Below, piece after piece: positions 52,123 to 64,000 of a stretch of DNA of 64,000 nucleotides; the stretch's first letter is position 1, and each line of letters begins with the position of its first letter. The stretch comes from Geosiphon pyriformis uo1. Lineage: Eukaryota > Fungi > Glomeromycota. A model generated the notes under the pieces. That model was not told the DNA's origin. It made no database searches and saw nothing but the letters and a program-made list of their open reading frames with translations. The DNA lies in NCBI GenBank assembly GCA_016748015.1, contig JAAOMT010000201.1, positions 129,153 to 193,152 of the forward strand, read 5' to 3'. A program made the translations under genes and the position numbers.

Positions 52123-53508
52123 TTAAGTGTTCAAGTTGGGAGGCTGTTCAATGACAACTATTGGTTCTAAATTTTAGGGAATGTTTTTGGGATTGATTAA
52201 AGAGAAATGTGTACCAATTTGTGGAATTAATAGTTCAGGATTGTTTCTGGAATTATAGTATTTCAAATGATCTCCATATGCAACTTTTGCTAGAATTTTG
52301 TCATCAAGTCTTAGCTTGTATGATCCGTTGCCTAAAACTTCATGGATAAAGAATGGTCCATCCCATTTATTTTCAAATTTCTCACTCCATTGTTTTTCAG
52401 CTTTAGTTCTGTGTAAGAGAACTTTGTTTCCGATTTTAAATTTATTGGTGACTGGAGGCAATTTGTCATCATGCCATTCTTTTTGTTGAGCTTGGGAATT
52501 TTTAATATAGGTGGCTGCTATTCATCGTTTTCCTTCCAACGTGCTAAGCAGAGTGTAGGCTCTTTGTTGAAGTGTTTTCTGAAAATTGTTTTTATTGATT
52601 GGTTGTGCTGGGTATGTTTCCACTGTGAACTTAATTGGTAGCGTTGCTGTTCTTCTGTAAGTTAAATCAAATGGTGTGTGTTTTGTGATATCTTGTTTTA
52701 GTGTTCTATATGCTAGTAACACTGATGGAATAAAGATATCCCATTCTTGCTCAAAATCGGTTGAGACTTTGGCTAATAACTCACACAATGTTCTGTTAAA
52801 ACGTTCTACAAGTCCGTTTGTTTGTGGATGGTAAGACGAAGACAGAGGTCTTTTGACATTGAATTGTTCACAAATTTCTTGTATTAGGTTGTTCACAAAA
52901 TGTGTTCCCTGGTTGGATAAAAGTTCAATTGGACATCCGTGTCTACAAATGATGTCTTCGTAGATGAAATTTGCTACTGATTTCGCATCTGCTCGTTAAA
53001 TGGCTCTGGCTTCAGGCCATTTAGTAAGATAGTTTACAGCTACTGCAATATAATGGTTTTCTTGAGTGGTGATAGATAATGATCCGACTAAATTGATACC
53101 AACTTAGTTAAAGGGTTGTCCAACTTTGATTGGATTTAATGATTCAGTAGGACGTGTTCTTCCTCTTCTTTGACAACTATCACAAGATTTGACATATTCA
53201 TAAATGTCTTTCCTCATTCGAGGCCAAAAGTAGTATTCTAGTGTTCTTTGAGTGGTGCTATCTTTTCCGAAGTGTGCTGATGAAGGATCTGAGTGCATGT
53301 TGTATAATATGGTCTTTTTTTCCTGTTCTTGTATTAGTTTAAGTGGTTTGTCTGGGTTTTTGAAATTTCGATGATAAATAATGTTGTTGTGTAGAAAATA
53401 TTGTTTGGCTTGTTGTTGTAGTTGATGTTTTTTATCTGGAGACCAATCTGTTGGGATTGTTAATGTTTCCAAATATTGTTTGAAATTGTTGTAGTTTTCT
53501 GAATTTAT
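52123..53508 (-). pseudogene. int: E5 integrase (separate ORF), broken
   Basis: HSDPSSAHFG..CDSCQ, HPQTNGLVERFNRTL, WDGPFFIHEVLGNGSYKL. Confidence 0.9.
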
Positions 53509-53557
53509 TGTTTGTTGGCTCTTTTGGTTGGTTAAGTTGAGTGTTGGTTTTTGTTTT

Positions 53558-56500
53558 CTAATCTTGTATCATTCTGGAGAGACAGTCAACATTGGTGTGG
53601 AGTTTTCTTGGTTTGTGATATACTATGTATCAATAATTTGCTAGAAATCCTGTCCATCAGATTTGTTTTGCATTCAGCTGAGTATTTTTGTTCTGAAGCC
53701 ATTTGAGTCCAATATTATCAGTGATAATATCGAATTCTTTAGGCCTGAGATAAAGGTTGAAGTAGTGTAGGGCCCAAATTACAGCTGCTGTTTCTAGTTC
53801 TGTGGCAGAGTAGTTTTTCTCAGCTGGTTTTAATGTTTTGCTAGCATAAGCAATTACTCACTCATTTCTATTGTTATCTAGTTGTGATAAGATGGCACCA
53901 AAGACAGTATATGAAGCATCTGTAGCTAGTCAAAATTGGTTGCTGAAATCCAGGTAGGTGAGAATTGGGGCTGTTGTCAGTTTTTTCTTGAGAATTTCAA
54001 AAGCTTTTTGGTGTTCGGTAGTCCATTTGTATTCCACATTTTTGGTGGTAAGCTGGTTGAAGGGTTTTGCAATTTCCGAGAATCCTTTGATAAACTTCCG
54101 ATAGTAGGATGCTAATCTTATAAATCCTCTTAGTTCTGTAGTATTTCGTAGAACTTTGAAGTTCTTAACAGCACTGATTTTTCCTGGATCTGGTTTGACT
54201 CCTTCTTTACTAACTATGTGACCAAGAAAGGCCAAACTTGTTTTTCCAAAATGGCATTTTTCAATGTTTAGTTTTAATCTTGCTCTACGTAATCGTTAAA
54301 AAACTTCTCACAGGTGAATTAAATGAAGTCCAAAAGATGGGGAATAATCATCAATGTCATCAAAATAGACAACTACTGATTTCCAAAGGAGTTCAGCATA
54401 TACAACATTCATGAGTCTTTGGAATGTTGCTGGCGCATTGCATAATCCAAAGGACATTACATTGAATTTGTAGTTTCTTTCTTGTGTTGTGAATGCTATT
54501 TTGGGGCAGTCCTTGGGATCCAAGACAACTTGCCAGTATCCGCTTTCTAGGTCTAATGTTGAAAAGTATTTAGATTTTCCAAGGGCATCTAACATGTCAT
54601 CGATTCGCAAAAGAGGGTAAGCATCCCCAATGGTGACACTGTTGAGTTGTCAATAATCAACACAAAATCGTATCTTTCCATTTTTTTTTTTAACTAGGAC
54701 CACTGGTGAGGCCCATGGACTCATTGATGGTTGAATAAGCCCATTGTTAAGCATCCGTTGTACTTCTTCTCAGATAAATTGGTGGCTTTCTGGAGCAACT
54801 CGATATGCTTGTTGTCTTCTTGGTTTGGCATCTCCTGTATAAATTTGGTGTTGGACCAAATCGGTTCTTCCTAAGTCATTGTTGTTTTCAGTGAAGATAT
54901 TAGCAAATTCTGCAATTAGTTCTTTAAGCTGAGTCTGTTGTTGTGGTTCAAGTTGTCCTATGTTGATTCGAGATAGTTTTTCTATGACAACATAGTAGTT
55001 TTCGGAGCTGGAGTTTGGATTGATTTTTGGTAGTGAATGTCCAATAATTTCAGAAAAATTGGGGACTGTTTGGGGTAATTTTTGTTGAAATATGTTACTG
55101 TGAATGATTCCAATTTCTAAGTTATTTAATAAAACTATGGGATAATTGTTGGAATTGTAAAAAGTAACTCGGACTTTTTTTGTTCCTTTTGGAATATAAA
55201 TGTTTTGGATTGAGATATTATGTTTCAAGCAGATTTGTTTGTTTAATTCAAAAATTTGTTGTGTGGTTGTTGGCTTTTCACAAATGTAAATTTCAGGGTG
55301 TTTTCCAAAGGGTGAAATGGTAATTGGTTGTGGAAGTTGTAAAATCTGGTAAGATTTTTTCTGTTCATTGAGAGCTATGTTTACTAGAACTGTGAAACGT
55401 CCAGTTGAACCAAAACCTTGTGTTCCTCTTTCACTTTTTTCCAACTGTTCTCTTTGATTAACTAATTGTAAACCCAAAATGTTGATTAAGGGTAGATAAA
55501 TAGCTTGAGCAATTTTTTCAGCATATCCAATTTTGAAAAGTTTATCAGTTTCATTTTGTAACATGACTGTGATGTCTCCTGTGTATCTAGCATCAATGAT
55601 TCCTTCTCTAACATTGATTCCTTTGCTTGCCAAGGATGATCAAGAAGCAATTTGAACCATTGCTCCTGGTGGGATTTTGAGGACAATTTTGAGGTTGATT
55701 TTTGTGAAAGATTTGGGTTTGAAAGTAAGAGTATCTTTTCCTGAATATCTTAGATTATATCCAGCATCAATCTTATGGGCTTTTTTTGGTTTTATTCCTT
55801 GTCCATTGTTGTTGAAATATTTAAGTTGTAAAGTAGGCTGATTTTCGATGAGATAGATGGGTGTTGTCTCAATTTTTTCTGTCACTTCAAGTTCTCCGAA
55901 TTCAATTTTGTATTCATCATTTTTGCTGGGCAAGGGAATGCTAAGAGCATAGCATTCAGGACACTACTGTTCATTACAAGGCATAATACATTCTTCACAT
56001 AGCCTAATGTTCATTTGCTCTAATTGTTAAATTTGAGCTTCTTAAGTTGGGTAGGTGTGACTTGTGATTTGGTGGTAGACTTCTACTTCGTCTTCATAAT
56101 CGAATCCAGCTAATTCCATAGTGTATTCAATGTATTCTGCTTCCTTCATTTGGTGAACATCTTCTTTGGTAGCTCCATTAATTAATGCCATTACTAGGTC
56201 AAAAATCATTTCAGCATCATGGAAGTAGTGATAAAGTTTGTTGAAAGCATTGTTGTATGCTGCATTAAAGGGTGTTTCTCTTTTTACTTTTTCTGAAATT
56301 GATAAAGCATATTGGCAGGTCTGATCGCAGACTCCTCCTCTCATGGCTACATCAATCCAATTGCATTCTTCCGGTAGCATATTTCCACAAGTCAAACAAA
56401 GGGTGTTGTCCCATTTTCCACTCCTTTTTATTAGATGGCCCCATTGTTCTTTGTGGCAAGTCTTGCAGTAATAACAAGTATGATTTTTATATTCTTCTTC

Positions 56501-56903
56501 AAATGAAATGCAGGCTCCCATTGATGATAGTTCTTGTGGCAGTCCTTACATTTAAGAGGAATATAGGGGCATTGTTTCCTTGGTTCAGGTTTTGAGTAAA
56601 AGATATTCTATTCAGAGGTTTCGGGTTCAGAGTGTGGGGTAAAATGTTCTTGTTCTGTTTCATTGGCTCAGTTGGATGTTGATCTAAGAGCCATGAATGT
56701 TTTAATAAGGGGTTTTTCTTCTTCCAGTTTGAATTCAAAAGCTGGGGCTTTTTCAGAGTGTTTGTTGAATGTACCACAAATAGCAGGTACCCGGCCATGT
56801 TGTCCTTAGTAGGAGATTGTTAACTCTTGTGTTTCCCAATTCAGATTAGCATTGGCTTTTTGAAGCCAATTATTTCCGATGAGAGCTTGGTATTGGGGTG
56901 CGT
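53558..56903 (-). pseudogene. pol: E5 pol: PR C-terminus, Cys-rich, dUTPase, RT, RNase H
   Basis: DAGYNL, GIIDARYTGDI, RGTQGFGSTG, LDLESGYWQV, YFDD; ends LSRMIQD-TAG. Confidence 0.9.
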
Positions 56904-57694
56904 TGTTACTGGAGGTTTTTGGTCTCTTTTTTTCAATGTTGGTAATGTTAATTTGCTGTGAATTCCTATTTTCAGGAAGTAGTTGAACCTCCAATAACTG
57001 AATTTATCTTCAAATTATCTCCTATAATTTGAACTGCTGGGCTTATAAGTAGAATGGCCAATTCCTTGCCAGTTACTTTATGTAGTTACATTGTAGTAAA
57101 TGTCAACTCTTTTCCAGGAATTTTTTGTCTGGAAGCTTACTAAAAATGTGTAGTTACTTTGCTGTGAAAGTCAACTCTTTTACAGGAATCTCGTCTGTAG
57201 GCTACCCTAATGATTGTAATAAGAAAAATAAAAGAAAATAAAAGAAATGTAAAAGAAATAGAATTTTGTCAAGAGAAACGTTTTCTATCCAGGCCTGGAG
57301 TCACTNNNNNNNNNNNNNNNNNNNNTTGTTGTAGTACTAGTTTATGAACTTGCACTTTTTCTCTTTGCCCAAATTCCAGCAAACTAAAGATATATTTTGA
57401 TGAACTACAAGTTATTTTGCTGAACTATTGATTAATTTGGGTGAACTATTCATAATTTCGGCGAATTTCTGTAAATTTCGGCGAATTTTTGAATGTTACA
57501 AAGTTCAGGGTATTGTGTAATTTGATCATCTTACTTTCTGTTATACTAATTAGATTATTTTTAATTGAATCGTGATATGTGATAATTGATTAAATAATAA
57601 ATGATAATTTAAAATGATATTAATATTCTAATGAATTATAGGAATTATAAGGGTAATTTCATGCTAATTAATAGCTAAAATTCTACTGGTAACA
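56904..57694 (-). repeat. E6 3' LTR (contains an assembly gap)
   Basis: Homologous to the E5 LTR; TGTTAC...GTAACA ends. Confidence 0.87.
57306..57325. other. Assembly gap (20 N)
   Basis: N run; comparison with the E5 LTR (50736-~50936) suggests about 200 bp are missing. Confidence 0.95.
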
Positions 57695-58382
57695 TAATCT
57701 TCTCCTCAAGACTGAGCTCCATCGAAGTCCAAGCACTATCTGTAATATTGAGATAGTGATCTAAAATAATTGAAGTAATCTGGTCTGAAAATTGTTGAAA
57801 TTTCAGTTCTGTAAGTTTGCCAATATATTGGACTTTCATTGATTGCAGTATTGGATTTTGTAGAATATTTTCACAAGTATTAAACAAATCATTGAGTCTA
57901 AAAACTGCTCTAAGTTTGTAGCGAGTGTTTGTTGGTCCAGCTGCTGTTTTGAATTCATTGTAGATTTGTTTTTGTATAACTTCAGGAGTGAGATTTGTTG
58001 CTTCAAGTTCCAATTTTCGTTCATAAAGTGTTTTTCCAATTTGAAAGTATCTATAGATAGGGGTGTGTTCATTGTTCTGTTCATTAAAAAGTAGTAGTAG
58101 TTTTTGTTGCATTGTAGTATTTGGTGGAATGTCAATAGGGGCAATTAGCAGATTTTCTTCTAGTGCCTGCTTCAAAAATCTTGGTAATCTATTCTCAGAG
58201 TGACTTCTTGTTTCTCTTCTATAGGGGTGATAGTTCTGTAAATGATTTGCTACTGGGGCTGTGGTTTCTTTCTGAATGTATTTAATTTGACTTCCATTAA
58301 TCGTTATAGATAAGTCAGGGAGTGTTTTCAAGATTAACATTAATTTTTGGGATATTTGTTGAATATTTCGGGGAATAATCAT
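57675..58382 (-). CDS. E6 ORF3, open 235 aa protein of unknown function; overlaps the PPT and U3 start
   Basis: ATG-initiated uninterrupted ORF, homologue of E5 ORF3. Confidence 0.8.
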   Translation of the reverse strand: MIIPRNIQQISQKLMLILKTLPDLSITINGSQIKYIQKETTAPVANHLQNYHPYRRETRSHSENRLPRFLKQALEENLLIAPIDIPPNTTMQQKLLLLFNEQNNEHTPIYRYFQIGKTLYERKLELEATNLTPEVIQKQIYNEFKTAAGPTNTRYKLRAVFRLNDLFNTCENILQNPILQSMKVQYIGKLTELKFQQFSDQITSIILDHYLNITDSAWTSMELSLEEKIMLPVEF

Positions 58383-58526
58383 AATAAAATTGACTAATTA
58401 TGAAAAGAAAGAATAAAGAAAATTATTTTTTTGGATATGGAGTTTTTATTTGTTTTTGGGTTTGGGTGTTTTGTAATTATTTACTATTTTTGTCTTTGTG
58501 TTTTTAGTAGAAAATTATTGTAAAAT

Positions 58527-59912
58527 TTAAGTGTTTAAGTTTGGTTGTTGTTCTATTATAATTATTGGTTCTAAATTTTGGGGAATATCTTCAGAATTAA
58601 TTAAAGGAGAATGTGTACCAATTTGTGGAATTAATGGTTCAGGATTGTTTCTGGAATGATAGTGTTTCAGTCTGTCTCCATGTGCAACTTTTGCTAATAT
58701 TTTGTCATCAAGTCTTAACTTATATGATCCATTGTCTAGAATTTCGTGAATATAAAATGGTCCATCCCATTTGTTTTCAAATTTCCCACTCCATTGTTTT
58801 TCACCCTTAGTTCTGTGTAAGAGAACTTTATTTTCAACTTTAAATTCGTTGGTAATAGATGATAATTTGTTGTCATGTCTTTCTTTTTGTTGAGCTTGGG
58901 AATGTTCAATATGAGCTGCTACTATTCTTCTTTTTCCTTCCAGTGTACTAAGAAGAGTGTAGGCTTTTCTTTGGAGTGTCTCTTGAAAGTTTTCTTCATT
59001 GATTGGTTGCACTGGGTATGTTTCCACTGTGAAATTAATTGGTAATATTGCTGTCCTTCCATAAGTAAGATCAAATAGTGTGTGTTTCGTAGTATTTTGT
59101 TTTAGTGTTCTGTATGCTAGTAACACTGATGAAATAAAGATATCCCATTCCTGTTCAAAGTCTGTTAAGACTTTGGCTAAAGATTCACACAATGTTCTGT
59201 TGAAATGTTCTACAAATCCATTTGTTTGAGGGTGATAAGGTGATGATAGAGGTCTTTTGACATTGAACTGTTCACAAATTTCTTGTATCAAGTTGTTCAC
59301 AAAATGTGTTCCTTGATCAGATAAGAGTTCAATTGGGCATCTATGTCTACAGATAATGTCTTCATAGATGAAATTTGCTATTGATTTTGCATCTGCTCTT
59401 TGGATGGCTCTAGCTTCAAGCCATTTGGTAAGATAATCCACTGCAACTGCAATATAACAATTTCCTTGGGTTGTGATAGGTAATGGTCCGACTAAATCAA
59501 TTCCAACTCTGTCAAAAGGTTGTCCAACTTTGATTGGATTTAGAGGTTCTGTGGGGTGAGTTCCTCCTCTTCTTTGACAATTATCACAAGATTCTATATA
59601 TTGTCGAATGTCTTTTTGCATGTGGAGCCAAAAATAATGTTCAAGGGTTCTTTGAATTGTTTCCTCTTTTCCCAAGTGTGCTGAAAACAGATCTGTGTGC
59701 ATGTTGTATAAAATTGTTTCTTTTTCATTTTCTTGTACTAATCTGAGTGGCTGGTTTGGTTTTCTGTGATTTTTATAATAGATTTTGTTCTAGTGTATAA
59801 AATATTGTTTTGATTGGTGTTGTAAGCAGTGTTTTTCACTTGGAGACCAGTTTTCTGACATGGTAAGAGTCTCCAAATAATTTTTAAGATTGCTATAGTT
59901 TCTGGGATCCAT
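58527..59912 (-). pseudogene. int: E6 integrase (separate ORF); N-terminal stops, 391 aa open
   Basis: ATG 59912; HHCC, GIDLVGP, LSDQG, SPYHPQTNG.VE, WDGPFY (GPY/F); no chromodomain. Confidence 0.92.
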
Positions 59913-59969
59913 TCTTGTTTGGTTATTTTGTTGGTAAGTTGGTAAATTGTGGTGGAATTGTTGTTGGTA

Positions 59970-62900
59970 TTAATCTTGTCTCATTCTTGAGAGGCTATCA
60001 ACATTGATATGTAGTTTTCCTGGTTTGTGGTGTACAATATATCTGTAGTCTGCTAGGAAGTCATTCCATCGAGACTGTTTGGCACTTTGTTCAGTTTTCT
60101 TTTTATTGAGCCATTTGAGGCCAATGTTGTCCGTTATTATGTCAAATTCTTTTCCATTTTTCAGATATTGTTGAAAATGTTTAAGAGCCCAAATAACTGC
60201 AACAGCTTCTAATTCAGTTGAGCCATATTTGAATTCTGTTGGCTTGAGTGTTCTGCTGGCATAGGCAATAACTTGTTTTTGGCCATTTTTATCTAATTGT
60301 GATAAGATAGCACCAAATGCTATGTGTGAGGCATTAGTGGCTAATTGGAATCGTTTGTTGAAGTCTGGATAAGCAAGAACTGGGGCTGTTGTCAATTTTG
60401 TTTTGAGAATTTCAAAAGCTTTTTGTTGTTCTTCAGTCCATTTGTATGGTACGTTTTTGTTGGTAAGATAATTGAGTGGTTTGACAATTTCTGAAAATCT
60501 TTTTATGAATTTTCGATAGTAAGAGGCTAATCCCACAAATCCTCTTAGTTCTGTAGTATTTCTGGGGGTTTGAAAGTTTTTGACAGCATTGATTGTTCCT
60601 GGATTTGGTTTGATTCCATCTTTACTAACTATGTGTCCAAGAAAGATCAAACTTGTTTTTCCAAAGTGACATTTCTCAATATTTAACTTTAATCCTGCTT
60701 TCCGTAATCGTTGAAAAACTTCTCGCAGGTGAATAAGATGGGCTTCAAAGCTTGGTGAGTATACATCAATATCATCAAGATAAACAACTACTGATTGCCA
60801 CAAGAGCCCTTCATAGACAACATCCATGAGTCACTGAAATGTTGCTGGTGCATTACAGAGTTCAAAAGACATAACATTAAACTCATAATTTCCTCCTTGA
60901 GTGGTGAATGCTGTTTTGGGTCTATCTTTTGGGTCCATTTCGACTTGCCAGTATCCATTTTTCAGGTCTAAAGTTGAAAAGAACTTGGCTTTTCCCAGAG
61001 CATCTAGCATGTCATCAATTCTTGGAAGAGGGTAGGCATCTCCAATTGTAACACTATTCAGTTGTCTATAATCAACACAGAATCTAATTTTTCCGTTTTT
61101 CTTTTTAACCAAAACTACTGGTAAGGCCCAAGAACTTCTTGATGGTTGAATCAATCCATTATTGAGCATTCTTTGGATCTCTTCTCTGATAAATTGGTGG
61201 CTGGCAGGTGGTACTTGATAAGCTTGTTGACATTTTGGTAGAGCATCTCCTGTATGGATCTGATGTTGAACAATGTCTGTTTTTCCCAAGTCATTGTTGT
61301 TTTTTGCAAATATATCTGCAAATTCAGCTATCAATTGTTTTAATTGTCTTTGTTGTTGAGATTCTAAGGGACCCATATTGATTCGAGAGAGTTTTTTTTC
61401 CAACAAGTGGTAGTTTTCAGTAGTGGGAATAATATTTGGATTTGGGAATAGAGTGTGCTTTATAATTTTGATGAAATTAGAAACAATTTGAGGGTTTTCA
61501 TCTTAAAAGATATTGCTGTATATGATTCCAATTTCTAATTTGTTTAATAAAACAATAGAGTAATTATTGGGGTTGTAGAATGTAACTCAAAATTTTTTCA
61601 TTCCTTTGGGAATATAAACGTTTGGAATTGATATTTCATGCTTCAAACAGATTTGTTCATTGGATTCAAAGATTTGTTGTATAGTGGTGGGTTTTGAGCA
61701 AGTGTAAATTTCGTGATGTTCTCCAAAAGGTGAAATGGTAATTGGCTGAAGAAGTTGAAGAATCTGGTGAGATTCATTTTGTGTATTAAGAACTATGTTT
61801 ACTGGAACTGTAAATCGTCCAGTTGAACCAAAACCTTGAGTTCCTCTTTTACTTTTTCCCAATTGTTCTCTGTTGTTTACTGATTGTAAACCCGAAATGT
61901 TGATTAAGGGTAAGTAAATTGCTTGAGCAATTTTTTCAGCACATTCAATTTTGAATGGTTTGTCTGTCTCATTCTGTAACATGATGGTAATATCTCCAGT
62001 GTATTCTGCATCTATGACTCCTCCTCTAATATTGATTCTTTTGCTTGCCAATGATGATCTGAAGGCAATTTGAACCATTGCTTCTGGTGGAATTTTAAGA
62101 GCAATTTTTAGATTGATTTTTGTCAAAGACTTTGGTTGGAGAATCAAAGTATCTTTTCCTGGGTATCTTAGGTCATATCCAGCATCAATTTCGTGTGCTT
62201 TTTCTGGTCTGATTCCTTGGCCATGGTTGTCAAAATATTTAAGTTGTAGAGGTGGTTGCTTTTCAAGAAGATAGATAGGAGTGGTTGGTAGTTTTTCTAC
62301 TTGTTCAGATACTCCAAATTCGATTTCATTTTCATCATTTTCATCTGGCAGAGGAATGCTAAGAGCATAACATTCTAAACACCATTGGTCATCACAAGAC
62401 ATAACACATTCTTCACACAATTGAATGTTCATTTGCTCTAATCATTGAATTTGAGCTTCTTTGGTCGGATATGTGTGGCTTGCAATTTAGTAGTAGGTTT
62501 CTACTTTATCTTCATAATCAAATCCAGCTAATTCCATGGTGTACTCAATATATTCAGCTTCTTTCATTTGGTGGACATCTTCTTGAGTGGCTCCATTGAT
62601 TAATGCCATTGCTAGGTCAAAAATCATTTCAGCATTATAAGGGTAGTGGTAAAGTTTATTGAGAGCACTGTTGTATGCTGCATCAAATAGTGTCCCTCTT
62701 CTGACTTTTTCCAAAATTGATAGAGCATATTGACAGGTTTGATCACATACTTCTCCTCTCATTGCTACATCAATCTAATTGCATTCTTCTGGTAGTATTT
62801 CTCCACATGTAAGGCAAGGTGTGTTGTCCCATTTTCCACTTCTTTTTGGAGATCCAAATCGTTCTCTATGACATGCTTTGCAAAAGTAACAGGTACGAGT

Positions 62901-64000
62901 TTCATATTCCTCTTCTGGAGAAATACATGCTCCCATTGATGAAAGTTTTTTGTTGCAATCTTTGCATTTGAGTGGAATATAGAATGGTTGTTTCTGTGGT
63001 TCTGGTATAGAATATCTAACTTTCTTCCATCCCTTTGATTCTTCAAAAATCTCTTTTTCGGTTTCTTCAGCCCAATTGGATGTTGATCCAAGAGCCATGT
63101 AGGTTTCAGTAAGTGGCATTTCTTTCTCCTCTTCAAATTCAAATACTGGAGCTTTTTCTGATTGTTTGTTAAAAGTACTACAGGTTGCAGGTACTATGGT
63201 ATATTGTCCTTGGTATGAGATTTTAAGTTCTTGAGTTTCCCAGTTCAGGTTTGCATTGGCCTTGAGAAGCCAATTATTTCTGACTAGAGCTTGGTATTGG
63301 GGTGCATCCATAACAAGAACTTTAACTGGAATGGTGATTCCATTAATTGGAAAAGGGAAATCATTAATTTTTCCTACTGAAGTCTTCTTCATACCATCAG
63401 CTGTGACAATAACTGTTTGAGCTGGTCTGTCTATGTTTTGTTTGAGTTGTTGTATCAGCTGGTAAGTGATGATACTTCCAGCTAATCTACTATCTAAGAT
63501 TAAGTGAATGGGTTTTCCTTCTATTGTAGCTTCTGTGTACATGACAGTAATTGCTTTCTGTTCATTGACTGCTGCATTACTAAGCAGAAATGGTGATTCA
63601 TTTGCCTTAAATTCAAATGGAAATATATCTGACAGATTAGCATTTTGGGCAATTTGAGCTGGGGGAATGGTGTGGTTGGAAGAGTTTGATCTTGGTGCTG
63701 CAATTTCACCTTCAGAAAGTGCAGTTTGTTGAAAATCCGATTCCTCTGGTATTGTAAGATAACTGGGTTGAGTGTGATAGTGATTGGGTCTTTGCTGGCC
63801 CAAATTTCGGGGAACCAACTGGTTATTTGGATTGATTATGTTGTGGTTATTCTGCAATTAATTTTGGGGTATGGATGGGTTATGTTAAACCAATCTTCTT
63901 GCTGGTACTTGATATTGTTGAGTGGGTGGTGTCTGATATGGCTGAATGGGTAAAGATTGCTGATATTGTTGCTGCATTGATTGTGGATCTGGTGGATAGT
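59970..64000 (-). pseudogene. gag-pol: E6 gag tail, PR, Cys-rich, dUTPase, RT, RNase H
   Basis: LILDSRLAGS, CKDC/CKAC/CLTC, DAGYDL..RGTQGFGSTG, YLDD, RNase H ..DSLSRMRQD-TAA. Confidence 0.92.

Larger units (their letters stand above)
50332..56903 (-). mobile_element. E5: Ty3/gypsy element (family B), 3' half; interrupted by E6; 5' part outside the window
   Basis: 3' LTR 50332-51313, PPT GAGGAGGAGGTTA (51314-51326), ORF3, IN, RH, RT, dUTPase, Cys-rich domain, protease C-terminus cut at APQYQAL. Confidence 0.9.
56904..64000 (-). mobile_element. E6: Ty3/gypsy element (family B) nested in the E5 protease, same orientation; runs off the window
   Basis: 3' LTR 56904-57694, PPT ~57695-57707, ORF3, IN, pol, gag tail. 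It has the longest open frames in the window. Confidence 0.92.

Noticed and set aside
57675-58382. ORF3 as an envelope gene
   Set aside because: No signal peptide, transmembrane helix or fusion-protein features are visible.
58527-58700. Chromodomain at the integrase C-terminus
   Set aside because: IN ends shortly after the GPY/F region with EPIIII; there is no aromatic-cage pattern or room for the domain.

Overview
After ~1.3 kb of featureless AT-rich flank, the window is a nest of Ty3/gypsy (Metaviridae-type) LTR retrotransposons: 7 internal regions from two related families plus one solo LTR. No host gene is recognisable. The source looks like an AT-rich eukaryote; a Glomeromycotina (Geosiphon-like) fungus is my unverified impression. 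Reconstructed nesting: E1 (+, from 1317) is joined in tandem to E1b through one shared chimeric LTR. E2 (+, 4975-14963) sits inside E1. E3 (-, 20564-40829) sits 9 bp inside the shared LTR, and E4 (+, 28928-39034) sits inside the E3 gag. A solo LTR (-, 43789-44781) and E5 (-, from 50332) sit inside E1b, and E6 (-, from 56904) sits inside the E5 protease. All gag-pol copies are broken, mainly by C>T/G>A transitions. The shared architecture is unusual: gag - protease - multi-CxxC Cys-rich domain - dUTPase plus a degenerate dUTPase-like domain - RT - RNase H - STOP; then a short spacer and a separately encoded integrase; then a conserved non-env ORF3 next to the PPT. All seven 4-bp target sites are centred on CpG or its deamination products. 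U5 carries an anti-PBS hairpin arm and a motif complementary to the elongator tRNA-Met anticodon arm. Coordinates were read by eye; LTR/TSD ends are close to exact and domain limits are approximate.
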